A stretch of 63,717 nucleotides of DNA, the filler included, from Octopus bimaculoides (taxonomy: Eukaryota): the NCBI RefSeq assembly GCF_001194135.2. It is 6 parts of 6 records of this genome, joined end to end, with 100 filler letters (N's around TTAATTAATTAA, not from the genome) between each part and the next. Parts side by side here need not be neighbours in the genome. Positions count along the whole stretch, not along the records: positions 1 to 30,305 come from NC_068996.1; 5 more parts are not named here. One strand, 5' to 3'. The notes under the pieces are model-generated. The model saw only the letters and a program-made list of their open reading frames with translations. It did no database searches and was not told where the DNA came from. Shown here piece after piece: positions 1 through 12,910 of this stretch (position 1 is the stretch's first letter; the number at the start of each line of letters is the position of its first letter). Position numbers and translations under genes: made by a program.

Positions 1-7
1 CATATAT

Positions 8-38
<31 letters not shown>

Positions 39-739
39 AAAGATCAAAATAAGCAACACTGATTTTAAAGATGATTGCAGTACGCACGTTTCATGCTACT
101 CCATTTATTTAAGTAATGCGAGCATTACATTAAATGCAAGATGTAGAGCAATCTTCAGCTGCTCGAAAATGTAGAAAATTACAGTAGAATTGACATATTA
201 TAATTGTGGCAACATTTTAAATCCAAGTGGGAAGAAGAATACATAAAAATCCATCTTGACATAGCCAAGGCTATCAGGCTAGTAATTGGTTCTAGGCAGA
301 ATTCTCTGATTTTATTGTATCTTATCTAGTAGTTATAGTATAAGGGGCAATCACTTCTAAGGAAGGTGTAAGCATTATACATGGATATGGTTATAAAGGT
401 TTCCATAGTCAGAGTGGCAACACTATTATAGGTTGGGGTTTTTCTACTACTATCATAATGTTGGGGAATTAAACCTTAAGCATATAGATCAAATCCATCA
501 CTGGAACTGTAAAAATCTATAAAACTTTCCAAAGGTTTTGGTCGATAAATATATATAAACATGTCTTGATATGCAACTATATCCACGAGAATACACACGT
601 AAGACATACAAATCTGCACATATACATTAATAAATACATACAAACAAAAATACCTTATTGATGGTGAAATTCTAATGAAGGAGTCTTTGATCAAAGTCAG
701 AAACCAGGTCTTTTACTATTGGCAAGAAATCTTGAGATA

Positions 740-936
740 AAATATAATTAAGGGGTCAGCAAATATTTGCTTCACCATATACCGAAGTTCAGAAATAGCA
801 GCTAAAAAAGCTGAGAATCCCACAGATAGCATCACATCAAGTGATGCTATCTGTGGGATTCTCAGCTTTTTTAGCTACTATTTCTGAACCTCGGTATATG
901 GTGAAGCAAATATTTGCTGATCCCTTAATTATATTT
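740..936. repeat. Long palindrome (about 96-bp arms, 5-nt loop), probable palindromic MITE
   Basis: 740-835 is the reverse complement of 841-936 with 3 mismatches; loop ATCAA at 836-840. Confidence 0.9.
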
Positions 937-1070
937 ATAAATATATATGAGCTTTTACATAAGTTCTCCACCAATAATGGTGCTTTCATACCGATGGGCT
1001 TGATAAAAATTATTAATTGTTAATTGATTTATTAATTAATAAATTGATAATCCTTTACCCTTTTAATTTG

Positions 1071-1124
<54 letters not shown>

Positions 1125-1126
<2 letters not shown>

Positions 1127-1288
1127 GCACAGGAGTGGCTGTGTGGTAAGTAGCTTGCTTACCAACCACATGGTTCCGAGGTCATTCCCACTGCGTGGCA
1201 CCTTGGGCAAGTGTCGTCTACTATAGCCTCGGGCCGACCAAAGTCTAGACGGAAACTGAAAGAAGCCCGTCGTATATATGTATATACG

Positions 1289-1319
<31 letters not shown>

Positions 1320-1565
1320 ATATGTTTGTGTGTCTGTATTTGTCACCCCAACATAGCTTGGCAACCGATGCTGATCTGTTTACGTCCCCATAACCCTAGC
1401 GGTTCGGCAAAAGAGACCGATAGAATAAGTAATAGGCGTCCAAAGAATAAGTCCTGGGGTCAATTTGCTCGACTGAATGTGGTGCTCCAGAATGGCTGCA
1501 ATCAAATGACAGAAACAAGTAAAAGAGTAAAAGAGAGTAAAAGAGAGTAAAAGAGAGTAAAAGAG
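1125..1565 (+). mobile_element. tRNA-derived SINE, family A (full length)
   Basis: Head GGCACAGGAGTGGCTGTGTGGTAAG...GGTTCCGAGGTCATTCCC (A/B-box-like), internal (TA)/(TG) tract, 3' tail of repeated AAAAGAGAGT units; many homologous copies in this window. Confidence 0.85.
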
Positions 1566-2423
1566 TATATATNNNNNNNNNNNNNNNNNNNNNNNNNNNN
1601 NNNNNNNNNNNNNNNNNNNNNNNNNNNNNNNNNNNNNNNNNNNNNNNNNNNNNNNNNNNNNNNNNNNNNTATATATATATATATATATATATGAAAGCGT
1701 GTGTTTACATATACACTCAAAATATATGAATACGATCGTAGTAGCTGGGCAGTTTATATAAATACATCAAACAGCCGCCAGGTACCCCGGTCCAGTCATG
1801 TGTAACCAACTGCAATCTAGCCGCACAGCGGGTTAACAGATGCCTTTGTTAGTTAGCCTTTAATAAGACCATTTTAGTTGTTAATGACCGTATGCAACGC
1901 TACCTCCTTAAGAGCGCGAGCGTGGGTGTGTCCACGAGACCACTAGTGTGTGTGTTTGTGTGCGCTTGCGTGTGTGTGTATGTACATATGTATATGTGTT
2001 TATGTCAACACGTGAATACTTATTTTCATTTTATCTTTAAACTCTTATCTTTTGACCTTTTTATCTTTTGCTATTTTACTATATGTCATGTAGTCACTAT
2101 GAACAATAGTCAGACCAATTAACCGGTTATAACCCTGAAATTGTGTCCATCGCCTGTCATTATAGCCAACAACCTACTGGCAAAAGCAGCATGTTGTATA
2201 AACGAACCAAGCGAAACGGAGTATATTGAGTGAGGTAGCTTCTTTAAAACAAGACACCTAACGAGATGCACGTACGCTAAAGAATGCAACACAACCAGTT
2301 CTATAGTATCCCACCCGCAAGAGACCGACGCAAGATTGGTCGAAACGATTGTTGTGATGAATAACGATTTTCTTGAATTCTATTTTCCGTTTCCCTCATT
2401 CATTACAACCTCTGCGGAATATC

Positions 2424-2647
2424 TTCTTTTATTCTTTTACTTGTTTCAGTCAAATGACTGCGGCCATGCTGGAACATCACCTTGAAAGGTTTCTTTTAGT
2501 CGAACAAATCGACACCAAGACGTATTTTTAAGCATAGTAGTTATTTAATTAACCTCTTATGCCATACAGCTAAGTTACGAGGACATAAATACACCAGCAC
2601 CGGTTGTCAAGCGGTGTTGGGGACACAGACACAAAGACACAAACAAA

Positions 2648-2707
<60 letters not shown>

Positions 2708-2875
2708 CATACGATGAACTTTTTTGACTTTTCGTCTAGCAAATCCACTCTTTAGGCTTTCGTCGGCCCGAGGCTGTAGAAGCTCAAAGTACTACGAAGG
2801 TGCCATGCAGTGGGACTGAACTCGAAACCATGTGGTTGGGAAGCAAGCTTCTTACTACACTATCACACCTGCGCC
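2424..2875 (-). mobile_element. SINE family A
   Basis: Reverse-complement homology to 1125-1565 from tail (TTCTTTTACTTGTTTCAGTC) to head (CACCTGCGCC). Confidence 0.85.
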
Positions 2876-2967
2876 TATGCATGTGTGTGTCTGTGTTTGT
2901 GTTTGTGTGTGTGTCTGTGTTTGTGTTCGTGTGTGTGCATGTGTGCGTGTGTATTTGTGTGTGTGAA

Positions 2968-3526
2968 CAGTAATGCCTCGATATATGAGTTGGTTTGTTC
3001 TCGGAGACCGTTCGTAAAGCGAAAACTCTTAAAAGAGAGCAATAATTTCCCATAGTAGCAATGTTATATATTGTAATTAATTCGTTCCCAGAAGAATATT
3101 TTACCTACAAAATTTATAATACACGTAAATAAATGGCAATAAAATAACAGTAGAATATAAAAAATATTTTATGTAAAGTAAAAAGAATGTCAAGATTATT
3201 TATATTAAAAAATATAATCGTTTTCTAAATAACTTTCACACGCACTAGAATCGTACACACCATCACTTGTAAATGTAATCGCCGATTCAAAAGCACTCGT
3301 AGACGGACTTGTAGATTTCTTTTTAACATAGAATCATGTCTAGAGTTGTTTATTTAGAAGAAGCTTTATTTCGTTCTCTATAAGTTTCTCGGTAACACAT
3401 AGAAGCACTAGTTATTGTGGTAGAAAGTTTTGAACTTCATCTAAAATTTGGGTCTTGTGCTTGAAAAATAAAACTCGTAAACCAGGTATCTCGTAAACCG
3501 GTTCCTCGTAAAGTAAGGTATCATTG
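2968..3526. mobile_element. Non-autonomous Tc1/pogo(Tigger)-like element or MITE
   Basis: Ends CAGTAATGCCTCGATATATGAG and CTCGTAAAGTAAGGTATCATTG|TA form imperfect TIRs; repeated subterminal CTCGTAAA motifs at 3475-3512. Confidence 0.5.
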
Positions 3527-3574
3527 TATATATATATATTATCTATGCACACAGATTCAAACCAAATGAGAAAA

Positions 3575-3750
3575 TTTTTCCATTGTTGCTCGAACTGCTA
3601 AAAATAAGAATCAAGTCTCCCTCAATGCCACAAGAAATGAAAGGACACATTGGATAAGAAGAAAACAAAGATTATGTTTCTAGCTTGAATATTGTAAACC
3701 ATAGATCTACTTGATCATGTTCAATGTAGAGCTAAACAGCAACACCATGT
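3575..3750 (+). repeat. Interspersed repeat family D fragment
   Basis: GCTCGAACTGCTAAAAATA...CTCCCTCAA...GGACACATTGGATA motif shared with 44845-44930 and 53968-54370. Confidence 0.45.
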
Positions 3751-3875
3751 TACACACATATTAATTGCAATACTCACACACATACACACACAGATATATT
3801 CACTCACATGCACACACACTTAAAAATAGCAATACGCATAAACATACATTTTAACGATTGATCAAACTCTTTCTG

Positions 3876-3994
3876 TTGTTTCCTTCTCTCTGTCTTTCTG
3901 TGTGCCTTTTTGTGTGTATTTCTCTCTGTCCCTCTGTATCTCTCTGTCTGTTTCTCTCTCATTCCTTGTCGCTTTCTCTCTCGCTGTCTCTTTC

Positions 3995-4035
<41 letters not shown>

Positions 4036-4192
4036 TTCCCTGTCTGTCTCTGTATATCTATCTTTCATATTCCTTCCGACTTTCCGTATTTTCCCTCCCA
4101 TTTCTTCTCTTTGTCTTTTATATTATTCTTTCACTCCCGTTTCATTTTCCTCTTTCCTTCCTCTCTCTCTCTCTTTCCCTGTCCCACTTTCT

Positions 4193-4229
<37 letters not shown>

Positions 4230-4255
4230 ACACACACACACACATATACACACAG
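3876..4255. repeat. (CT)n/CT-rich and (CA)n compound microsatellite
   Basis: Direct inspection. Confidence 0.95.
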
Positions 4256-4673
4256 GTATTACACAAACAGTTTTTAAACCAAAATTATCCGGAAACAACC
4301 GAAATATAGCCAGACATAAAGAGATTGTCGTTTGCTAATTGCTTAGATTCACATCACTTATGCTTTGCGAAGACAACTAAATTCAACATTGCACATGAAG
4401 TACCTTATTAAATTCATTGAAAAATGTTCATTTCTTTTTTCACGACTTATAAAATTGCACTTATCCTGTCATCTATCTCGAAGCGACTAAGACAGATTCC
4501 TTAAGAGGAAATTCGTATTGTTTATACAGTTTTCAGTCTTTGGTATTCACATAATCAATCACCAATCTCTTATTGAAGAAGCCATCTAAAGTTTAAACTG
4601 AAGGCAAAGTACTTTATTAAATTCATCAAAAAATATTCAGCACAATCAAATTAACTTAGCTTTTTCAAAAGTT

Positions 4674-5021
4674 ATGGGCGACGGTACTGCTTGTTTAGAA
4701 CTGTGTCACTCTTTTTCAATAATATCACAAATTACCGAGAGCTGTCTGCACAGTACATATGCAATAAATGGTGACATTTTTTTTTATCCCTAACAGCTCA
4801 ATGCGGGAATATCAAGCGTATACAAGTAGGGAACATATGGCGATGATGTTGAATTGACTGCCATTAGTGAATTGTACAATGCAGCAATTCAGATTCATCG
4901 CAAAAGTGACGATGAAAATTTTCTTCTTCGGTTCGCCATATGTGGTCGAACGGGAAGGAAGACATCTTTTTTATATAGAGGTCATATTGGCAAGGACTAA
5001 TATGATGTTCTCTTTCCCATT
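4674..5021 (+). pseudogene. Degenerate OTU cysteine-protease domain (Helitron-associated)
   Basis: Translates to MGDG[fs]CLFRTVS...YICNKW*...GTYGDDVELTAISELYNAAIQIH...LYRGHIGKD*YDVLFP, matching OTU motifs GDGNCLFRA, G.YG..EL.A.S.LY and HYD; frameshifts and stops. Confidence 0.75.
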
Positions 5022-5399
5022 AACAGTCATGAACATAAGGGAAATTTTAAGGGAAAAGAAACATCACAATGCAGTGTAAAAAGAATGAGAATTCAAAATA
5101 TAATTGCATTTAATGCAAAAAAAAAAAGAAATAGAAGAAGTGAAAAGAAATTAAGAAAAATATGGTTCCAAAAGTGAGCGAATATGAGAAGAGGACAAAA
5201 ACAAGAAAGTAATAGAGATAGAGAAACAGGATTCCAGAGTAGAAGGAAATTATAAAAATAACAAAGCATAAGGAAAAAATAAGACAAAGAAATAAGATTG
5301 CAAGAAAGGAGAGAGAAAAAGATAGAAGAAATAGAACACGGGAGAAAGAGAAAAAAAGGGGAAGAAAATTTCTTGTTGAGAAAATGTGTAGAAAAAGTA

Positions 5400-6255
5400 T
5401 GGACGGAATCTATAGCGATTAATTATGATCCTGATCATGATTATACATTTGAAGACATTATATTCCAAGGATTTATGTGTAAAACATGTAACAAATGCGA
5501 CGTTAGATAAGAAGTGGGACAAGGAATCGTTAGGGATGTGCTGTTCTAATGGTAAGGCCCGTTTTACCTAAAATTGAGCCAGAATGATTTATAAAAATAA
5601 GTCTTCATTTGAATACCACTTCAAAAACAAAACATTTTAACATTCGAACATATAACTGTATTTTCCAAATTCAATCATTTGGAGTTTAAAATATTAAAAG
5701 AAGTAATTAATTTATGTCGAAATTTGAAGTTCAAGGAAAAGATTTATCACAGAGTTGACTCCTTTAATAATCCTTTACAGAATAAAGATTCACAATCTTT
5801 ACGGACGTTTATATCATAAAGGTTCAAAACAAAGCACAATATCGCAACTAGAACTGACCAAACACAAGATCTGAACTTATTTTAAAGCTGCAATACATGC
5901 TCAATGAAATGAAACTTTCGTTAGAAGCTTTCGATATGCTTTAGAATGTCCTTGAACTGTGGAATTTGAAGTTTCCACTGATGTCGGCACAAGACCATTT
6001 GGAGAACATATCTCCTTATTTAATGTTGCTGCGTATGTAGAAGTAGCAAAATCATCGTTTATATGTTTCTTTACAATATTCTTTGTTTTTTGTTAACGGA
6101 GATGTTGGATGTCACTTACATACACCACAAGGTGGGGGAATCACTTCCAGCAAGCTGTATTCGTTGTGTATTTTTATGGCTATCGACTGATGATTTGCTG
6201 TAATTTGCTTAATCATCTTCATTACTGCAATGTTCTTTTCCACCAGATTTTTTGA
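5400..6255 (+). mobile_element. Helitron RepHel N-terminal coding relic
   Basis: Motifs INYDPDHDY..., MCKTCNKC..KWDKESLGMCCSNGK, NIRTYNCIFQ.SFG, FEVQGK/IYHRV, TRPFGEH...FN...EVA and YGYRLM...N.L...LF(HQ) are typical of Helitron Rep N-termini; multiple frameshifts. Confidence 0.85.
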
Positions 6256-6559
6256 ATTAGAATTCATGATGAAACCTACACTGTCCCATTAGCTACTATT
6301 GCAAAAAGAGTTGTTTCTATAGGTAGGGAAAAATCACATGAACAGGAACTAAAAAGAGTCCTTTCTTTAAGGGAGGGGAAATTTTTCTTGATACTCGTCG
6401 CTAATGCGAAAATTGCGACAAAAGAAAAGAAGTAGTTTTGGTTATTGCATCTTCAAGTTCTTTTCTCCAGTTTCCTTACTTCCAGAAGAAAAAGCAGCCC
6501 ATTCTATTTCCGAATTATGCCAAAGACATATTTTTCGATAGCTACTGTAAATTTGTTTC

Positions 6560-8336
6560 AATATACAACAAAGTTAATGATATAATCATTGTTGGCCTCT
6601 ATAGGTGACCTCACGCACCTCTACTTTACTTTTAAGAGTCCATCAACAAAGTCAAGTCCTTTCTCCAAAAATACAGCTCTACGGAGTTAATAATGGCGGG
6701 TGATTTTAACCTTCCTTATGTGAAGCGGCCTACAAATAATCTGAAGAAGGTAACTACTTCCCAACACCAAACAAAGCATGAAAAGAATTGTTATTTGATT
6801 TAATGGATGACAATTTATCCTATCCCATCTAGCGCTTCAGCCAACAAGACAAGACAAAGTATCTTGGACCGGATATTAACAAACCACTCTAGCTCCATCC
6901 ATCACATTTCAATCGAAAATAACTTCTCTTTTACCACGACTTTGCAACCTTAGTTTCCGGCATGTGAAAGCTAAACCATTCATTCCCGCCCCAGTTCAAC
7001 TGTTGGACAACGTCGGTCTTCACAAAGCAGATTCGAGAGTAATTAGAAAATATCTGACATTTATCGACTAGTCCTTCACTCACAGTTCCTCTCGTACTGA
7101 AGCAGCATGGCAGAAGTTTGAGAACATTGACATCTATACATGCTCAAAACACGCTCCTACGAAACTCTCAAGTACAAACAGAAGTAGTTCCCAGAAAACA
7201 AAAAAAAAAAGCGTTTATCGAGAGAATCACAAGATTTAATTTTAAAAATCAACCAGTTAAAATATTGCCGTCGGTAGCATCCACAGTCAATAGCAATGGA
7301 TATACTTGAGTTGGTAAAATATCAGGTGTAGAACAGTACGAAAATGTACATCAATAATCAAAGGGCTGCAGAAGAAAACTGTGTTATTAAAAAGATCAAA
7401 CACAAAACTGTTCTATTCGTTTACCAATAAACGTAAGACCTCTATCTCACCCGTTGGTCCACTGATTGATGATAACAACATTCTTCACCATGAAGCTAAA
7501 GAAATAGCAGAGGACCTACAAAAACAGTATTGCTCTGTCTTTAGTGATCTCACTTGAGCTGACTTATATTTTAACAAACTCTATCCCCAACATATTTCTG
7601 ACATAAATTTCACTGTCTTAGAGAAATAAATTAAACCGATTATTGTTCTGCAGTAGACCCTGATAGATTTCCGTTAGTGTCATAAAGGAATTCAGACATC
7701 AACTTACATCGCCTCTAAACAGCCTTCGGAAAAAAGATTCATATTCAGGCTACATACAAAAACAGTTGTCCCAATCTGTCATCTCAGTTTTCGAAAAGGG
7801 AACAGATCACTTGTAGCAACCCAATTACACTCACCTTCCACATCATCGAAGTGTTTTGAAAGGGCGTTGAGATCAAGAATAACTTGCTTCTTGGAGAGTA
7901 ACAGTACCGCAAATTCCACCCAGCAGAGCTTTCCTTGCTGTTGAGAATGCCTAACACAGCTTTTATATAGTTTCATATCGCGCCGATAATATCACTAAAG
8001 TTTTGGTGGAGGGCTCGACTACTAATGCTATATATCTTAACTTCAGCAAAGTCTCCAACTAAGTCAACCACAACATCCTACTGTTCAAACTGTTCGATTT
8101 TGGAGTCCGGTGTAATATGTTGCACTAGTTAAAGTATTTCCTGGTGAACTGAACAGATTCGATGGATTAAGTGTTTCTCGATTAAGTATTTCCTGATTTG
8201 ATAGAATTCACTCAAGCACAGCAAAAGTTGAGCTCCTCAAGGAATTAGGCTGGGACTATTTCTTTTCATATTCTATAAACATCTCAATGTCATCAAGGAC
8301 AGTACAGTATGTATATTCGCACATGATTCCAAGCTC
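6560..8336 (+). mobile_element. Degenerate CR1/Jockey-group LINE ORF2 (AP endonuclease + reverse transcriptase)
   Basis: IIVGLYR*P, IMAGDFNLP and PTRQ/SILD.ILT (EN); AIYLNFSKVSN*VNHNILLFKL, PQGIRLGLFLF and FAHDSKL (RT motifs DFAKAFDKV.H, PQG..LGP, FADD). Confidence 0.85.
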
Positions 8337-8675
8337 CCAAAGCATATGAGGAGAATAATACCTTTTTAGAGTCTTGAAACGCGCGCGCGCGCGTGTATGC
8401 GTGTATGTGCTTCCATAGGTTTGATAAAATAGCGAAGTTACAGCTAACTTTCCAATTCTTCAACTCAAGAAGCACTGCTATTTCGGCTGGAGTATATAAT
8501 ATAATATAATATAGGACAAAATAATGGAAAGAACTAGCATCAGAGCATCATAATTTTGAAAAGCTTGTTTATTTTCATGTTTTATGATTTATTATTAATG
8601 TTGCTTAATATATTTTGCTAAAATTGCTGTTTCTTTTCAGATATCATCAGAAAAAGGTAACTAAAATTCATTAAA

Positions 8676-9123
8676 ACGACAGATCTATCGAACTTTCAAG
8701 GAGGTCAAATAGTTGGTGCTCGTATGGCAGGCGCTAGCGTAACGAAAACAGCCGAAATGTTTGGTGCATCAAGAAGTATTGTCTCGAAGGTAATGGCAGT
8801 CTTTGAGAAAATCGGATAAACCGTCTCGTCGAAACAAAACTCCGGAAGAAAACCAAAACTTTCAGATAGGGACCGTCGGACTCTTACGCGAATTGTTAGA
8901 AAGGTTCACAAAAGTACAGCTCCTACAATTACTGCAGAGCTTAATGACCACCTTGAGAACCCAGTTTCCACAAAAAAAAAAAAATCTGCACAAACCCGGA
9001 TTTCACGAGAGTGCAGAAATCAGAAAACCATTACTTTAAAAAAGAAACGTTACATAGCGTTATAGTGGAGTGGAAGAATGTCATTATCTCAGACAAGGCA
9101 TTCTTTACCTTATTTCCGAATAC
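8676..9123 (+). mobile_element. Tc1-like transposase relic, N-terminal half
   Basis: TDLSNFQGGQIVGARMAGASVTKTAEMFGASRSIVSKVM...SGRKPKLSDRDRRTLTRIV...TAELNDHLENPVSTK...WKNVIISD; internal stop. Confidence 0.9.
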
Positions 9124-9250
9124 AGAAAAGATGACATTTAAAAATTTAACATAATATAAATGAACAAATGATGGGACTGACTGGAAGACATTACGGAAAG
9201 AATGNNNNNNNNNNNNNNNNNNNNNNNNNNNNNNNNNNNNNNNNNNNNNN

Positions 9251-9284
9251 CGTGTGTGTGTGTGTGTATTTATGTGTGTGCGTG

Positions 9285-9322
<38 letters not shown>

Positions 9323-9389
9323 GATGTGTGTATGTATGCGTGTGCGTGTGTGTGTATGTATGCGTGTTCGTGTGTGTGTATTTGTGTGT

Positions 9390-9421
<32 letters not shown>

Positions 9422-9461
9422 ATGTGTGCGTGCGTGTGTGTGTGTATGTGTGTGTGTGTGT
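9251..9461. repeat. (TG)n imperfect microsatellite
   Basis: Direct inspection; abuts a gap. Confidence 0.95.
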
Positions 9462-9599
9462 TCTCTCGAGATCAAGACTTGTTTTAACTTCTCTTTCTAG
9501 CAATGCTGGTGGGGACTCTCAGTGACGACTTTACTCGTGCCTTTTGGTTCTGTATTGCGAATAGCTACCATAACAATTCATATACATATATGTATATAT

Positions 9600-9774
9600 T
9601 CTTTTATTCTTTTATTTGTTTCAGTAACTTGACTGCGATCATGCTGGAGCACATCCTTTAGTCGAACAAATCCACCTCAGGACTTACTCTTTGTAAGCCT
9701 AGAACTTTTTCTATCGGGTACGTTGGCCGAACCGCTAAGGGAACAAACACAGACACACAGACACATACACGCAC

Positions 9775-9807
<33 letters not shown>

Positions 9808-9987
9808 CATACATATAAATATACGACGGGATTTTTTTAGTTTCCGTCTACCAAATGCACTCGGTTCGAGTTTTGGTCGGCCCGAGGCTATAGTAAAAAC
9901 ACCTGCCCAAGGTACCATGCTGTGGGACTGAACCTAGAACCATGTAATTGGGAAACCAGCTTCTTACCACACAGCCACTCCTGGTGC
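9600..9987 (-). mobile_element. SINE family A
   Basis: Reverse-complement homology to family A head and tail. Confidence 0.85.
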
Positions 9988-10203
9988 AGTGTATGTGTGT
10001 GTCTGTGCATATATATGCGTATGTGTGTGTGTGTGTATATATATATATACNNNNNNNNNNNNNNNNNNNNNNNNNNNNNNNNNNNNNNNNNNNNNNNNNN
10101 NNNNNNNNNNNNNNNNNNNNNNNNNNNNNNNNNNNNNNNNNNNNNNNNNNNNNNNNNNNNNNNNNNNNNNNNNNNNNNNNNNNNNNNNNNNNNNNNNNNN
10201 NNN

Positions 10204-11353
10204 AATCACTAATGTATTCACCCTTGTTGTTTACAACTTCCTCCTCACTTTCAACAACATTTTCAATACCTCGTCGGTAGAAATTACCCGATTCAGACTC
10301 GAAAAATTGATCCAACCAAGCTCTCAATTCTGCATCAGTATTGAACGAAACTCCGTGCATAGCATTTGAAAGAAATCGAAAGAGGTGGGAATCCGTTGGT
10401 GCCAAATTAGGAGAGTACGGCGGGTGTGGCAGCACTTCCCAGTCATGCGTTTGATGGTTTCCTCGGTCATATTGGCGATATGAGGGCGGGCGTTGTCGTG
10501 CAGCTGAAGAACTATTCTCTTGAACAGCCGTGTTGAATCGTTCCATCTGTTGAACGTAGAGTTCCGCGTTGACCATTTGGTTCCGTTCAAGCAATTCGTA
10601 ATGGATAATCACTTCCCAGTCCCACCATACGCACAGCATCGTTTTACACGGATGAAGATCTTGTTTCACGCGCAGTGTCGCTTGTTTACCGGGATTAAAC
10701 CATTCCTTACACTGCTTCATATTAATGTATAGGCACCATTTTTCGTCGCCAGTATCGATTCGGTAAAGAAATCGTTGCTTGTGTCCATGAGTTGAGCGGT
10801 GACGAGCAAGCAAACGAGCGGAGATTGTGGTACGTTGATTTTTGTTGTTACTTAAAGTATGCGGAACCTATGCTCAATACTTCTGAACCTTTCCCATGGA
10901 GTCAAGATGCTTCTCTATAGCAGTGTGGGAGCATTCCATTTTATCTGCCAGTTCCCTTGTCGTTTGACGAGAATTTTCGTGAAAAAGTTGGTTTAATCGC
11001 TCTTCGCCGAACTCAACTGGACGGTCAGAATGAGGTGCGTCTTTGAGGTCAAAATTTCCATTTATGAACTTGGCATACCAATCACGAGCGGTTCTTTCAG
11101 CTATGGTACCCTCTCCATACACAGCACAAATGTCGTGAGCAGCTTTTACGGCCTTAGAACCTTGATTAAAAGCAAAAAGAAGGAGGTGTCGAAAATGCTC
11201 GTTTTTCTTAACTTGACATTCCATTTTAATGATATGAAAACAAACAAAATTCAACCAGAATAAAAATAAACAAACAAAATAGATTCCAAAATTTAAAAAT
11301 TCAACAAATTCTAAAATTTAAGAAAAACAGCAGCAACTTAGTTTCCAACCCAA
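10204..11353 (-). mobile_element. mariner (DD34D) element, frameshifted transposase, 3' end in gap
   Basis: MECQVKKNEHFRHLLLFAF...ARDWYAKF HTH; DTGDEKW, WWD, HDNARPH and HPPYSPNLAP.D.HLF motifs; 5' TIR-like TATTGGGTTGGAAACTAAG next to a TA tract. Confidence 0.95.
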
Positions 11354-11369
11354 TATATATATATATATA

Positions 11370-11439
11370 TATTGTTGTTGTTTGTCCTTTCTACCCCTTG
11401 TGGAGCATAGGGCAGGTTTCCCGGTTTCCATGACGTACG
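11370..11439 (-). mobile_element. Probable RTE-type LINE/SINE 3' tail
   Basis: GGAAACCTGCCCTATGCTCCACAAGGGGTAGAAAGGAC(AAC)n on minus strand, ending at a gap. Confidence 0.45.
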
Positions 11440-11838
11440 NNNNNNNNNNNNNNNNNNNNNNNNNNNNNNNNNNNNNNNNNNNNNNNNNNNNNNNNNNNNN
11501 NNNNNNNNNNNNNNNNNNNNNNNNNNNNNNNNNNNNNNNNNNNNNNNNNNNNNNNNNNNNNNNNNNNNNNNNNNNNNNNNNNNNNNNNNNNNNNNNNNNN
11601 NNNNNNNNNNNNNNNNNNNNNNNNNNNNNNNNNNNNNNNNNNNNNNNNNNNNNNNNNNNNNNNNNNNNNNNNNNNNNNNNNNNNNNNNNNNNNNNNNNNN
11701 NNNNNNNNNNNNNNNNNNNNNNNNNNNNNNNNNNNNNNNNNNNNNNNNNNNNNNNNNNNNNNNNNNNNNNNNNNNNNNNNNNNNNNNNNNNNNNNNNNNN
11801 NNNNNNNNNNNNNNNNNNNNNNNNNNNNNNNNNNNNNN

Positions 11839-11889
<51 letters not shown>

Positions 11890-12074
11890 ACACACACACA
11901 TACACACACACATACACACACATATATATACACACAGACATGACAAAAGTAAAGAGACACTCCATAAAACATGTTTTATGTTTATTCTAACTTCTAAAGG
12001 TTTATACTTTTTATTAATTGACTTTTTTATGTTTAGGTTCTATATGTTTAATCATACCATGTACAAAAAAAAAG

Positions 12075-12900
12075 CCGTCTGATTTTCAAAGAGGACGTAC
12101 TTGGTTCATTCAGAAGGTGGATCTCGGTTCCTACAGTTAATAGACTGATTATGCAATTCACTTGAGACGCGAAGGGATCCACATCACCTTGCCTAGATCA
12201 ACCAAGGCCCTCTGACAAGACCCTTCTCTTTGCTAAGAGAAGTGTAGAGGATAGTCCCAGAACAGCTGTCAGCTATTTCCACAATCTTGGTTACTATGGC
12301 AATGCAACAAGAAGGAAGCCGCTTTTTCGACCAGCCAACATCAAGTGGAGGAAAGATTGGGCCAGTGATATGGTGGAGAGACATTAGCCTTTTGGGATAC
12401 TGTCATATTCTCTGATGAGTCCAGATTTGTTGTATTTTCTGACAATGGCCGAGTGTGGGTCTGGAGAATGTGTGATCAAGAATTTGATGTGAAGAGGTTG
12501 CAGCCAACAATGAAACACGACAGCTATTCTGTGATGGTCTGGGGAGCAATTTGGAGCATTGCTTGATCAGAGCTGGTGGAGTGTGAAGGAAATATAAACT
12601 CAGATAAATATGTGTACATATTGTTGAAATGGCTCCTTCCTATCTTCTCCAGCAGTGAAAGGATTAAAGAAGACTATTTATGGAAGGTGGGGCTCTTTGA
12701 TATATGGCTAAAATGACGCAAGACTTGTTGGATGAGATTGTCATTAAAAAAGCTTCCATGGCCAAGCCAGTCACCAGATATGAACCCTATTGAACACCTC
12801 TGGGACATAATGGACAAGACACTTCACAAAAATAACAAGAAAGCATCTTCAGAGCCAGATCTTTTGAGTTTACTGCATAAAATTTAGTAAGAAATTCCGT
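12075..12900 (+). mobile_element. Tc1-like (DD34E) transposase relic
   Basis: SDFQRGR, WDTVIFSDESRF...GRVWVWR, SVMVWGAIW and LPWPSQSPDMNPIEHLWD motifs; frameshifted. Confidence 0.92.
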
Positions 12901-12910
12901 GAGTAATACG

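Noticed and set aside
1760-1960. TATA-like box plus CpG-richer segment as a promoter
   Set aside because: No downstream gene or other support in a genome full of TA repeats.
9848-10813. 321-aa ORF as an intact gene
   Set aside because: Frameshifted mariner transposase piece read through an N gap into a SINE.
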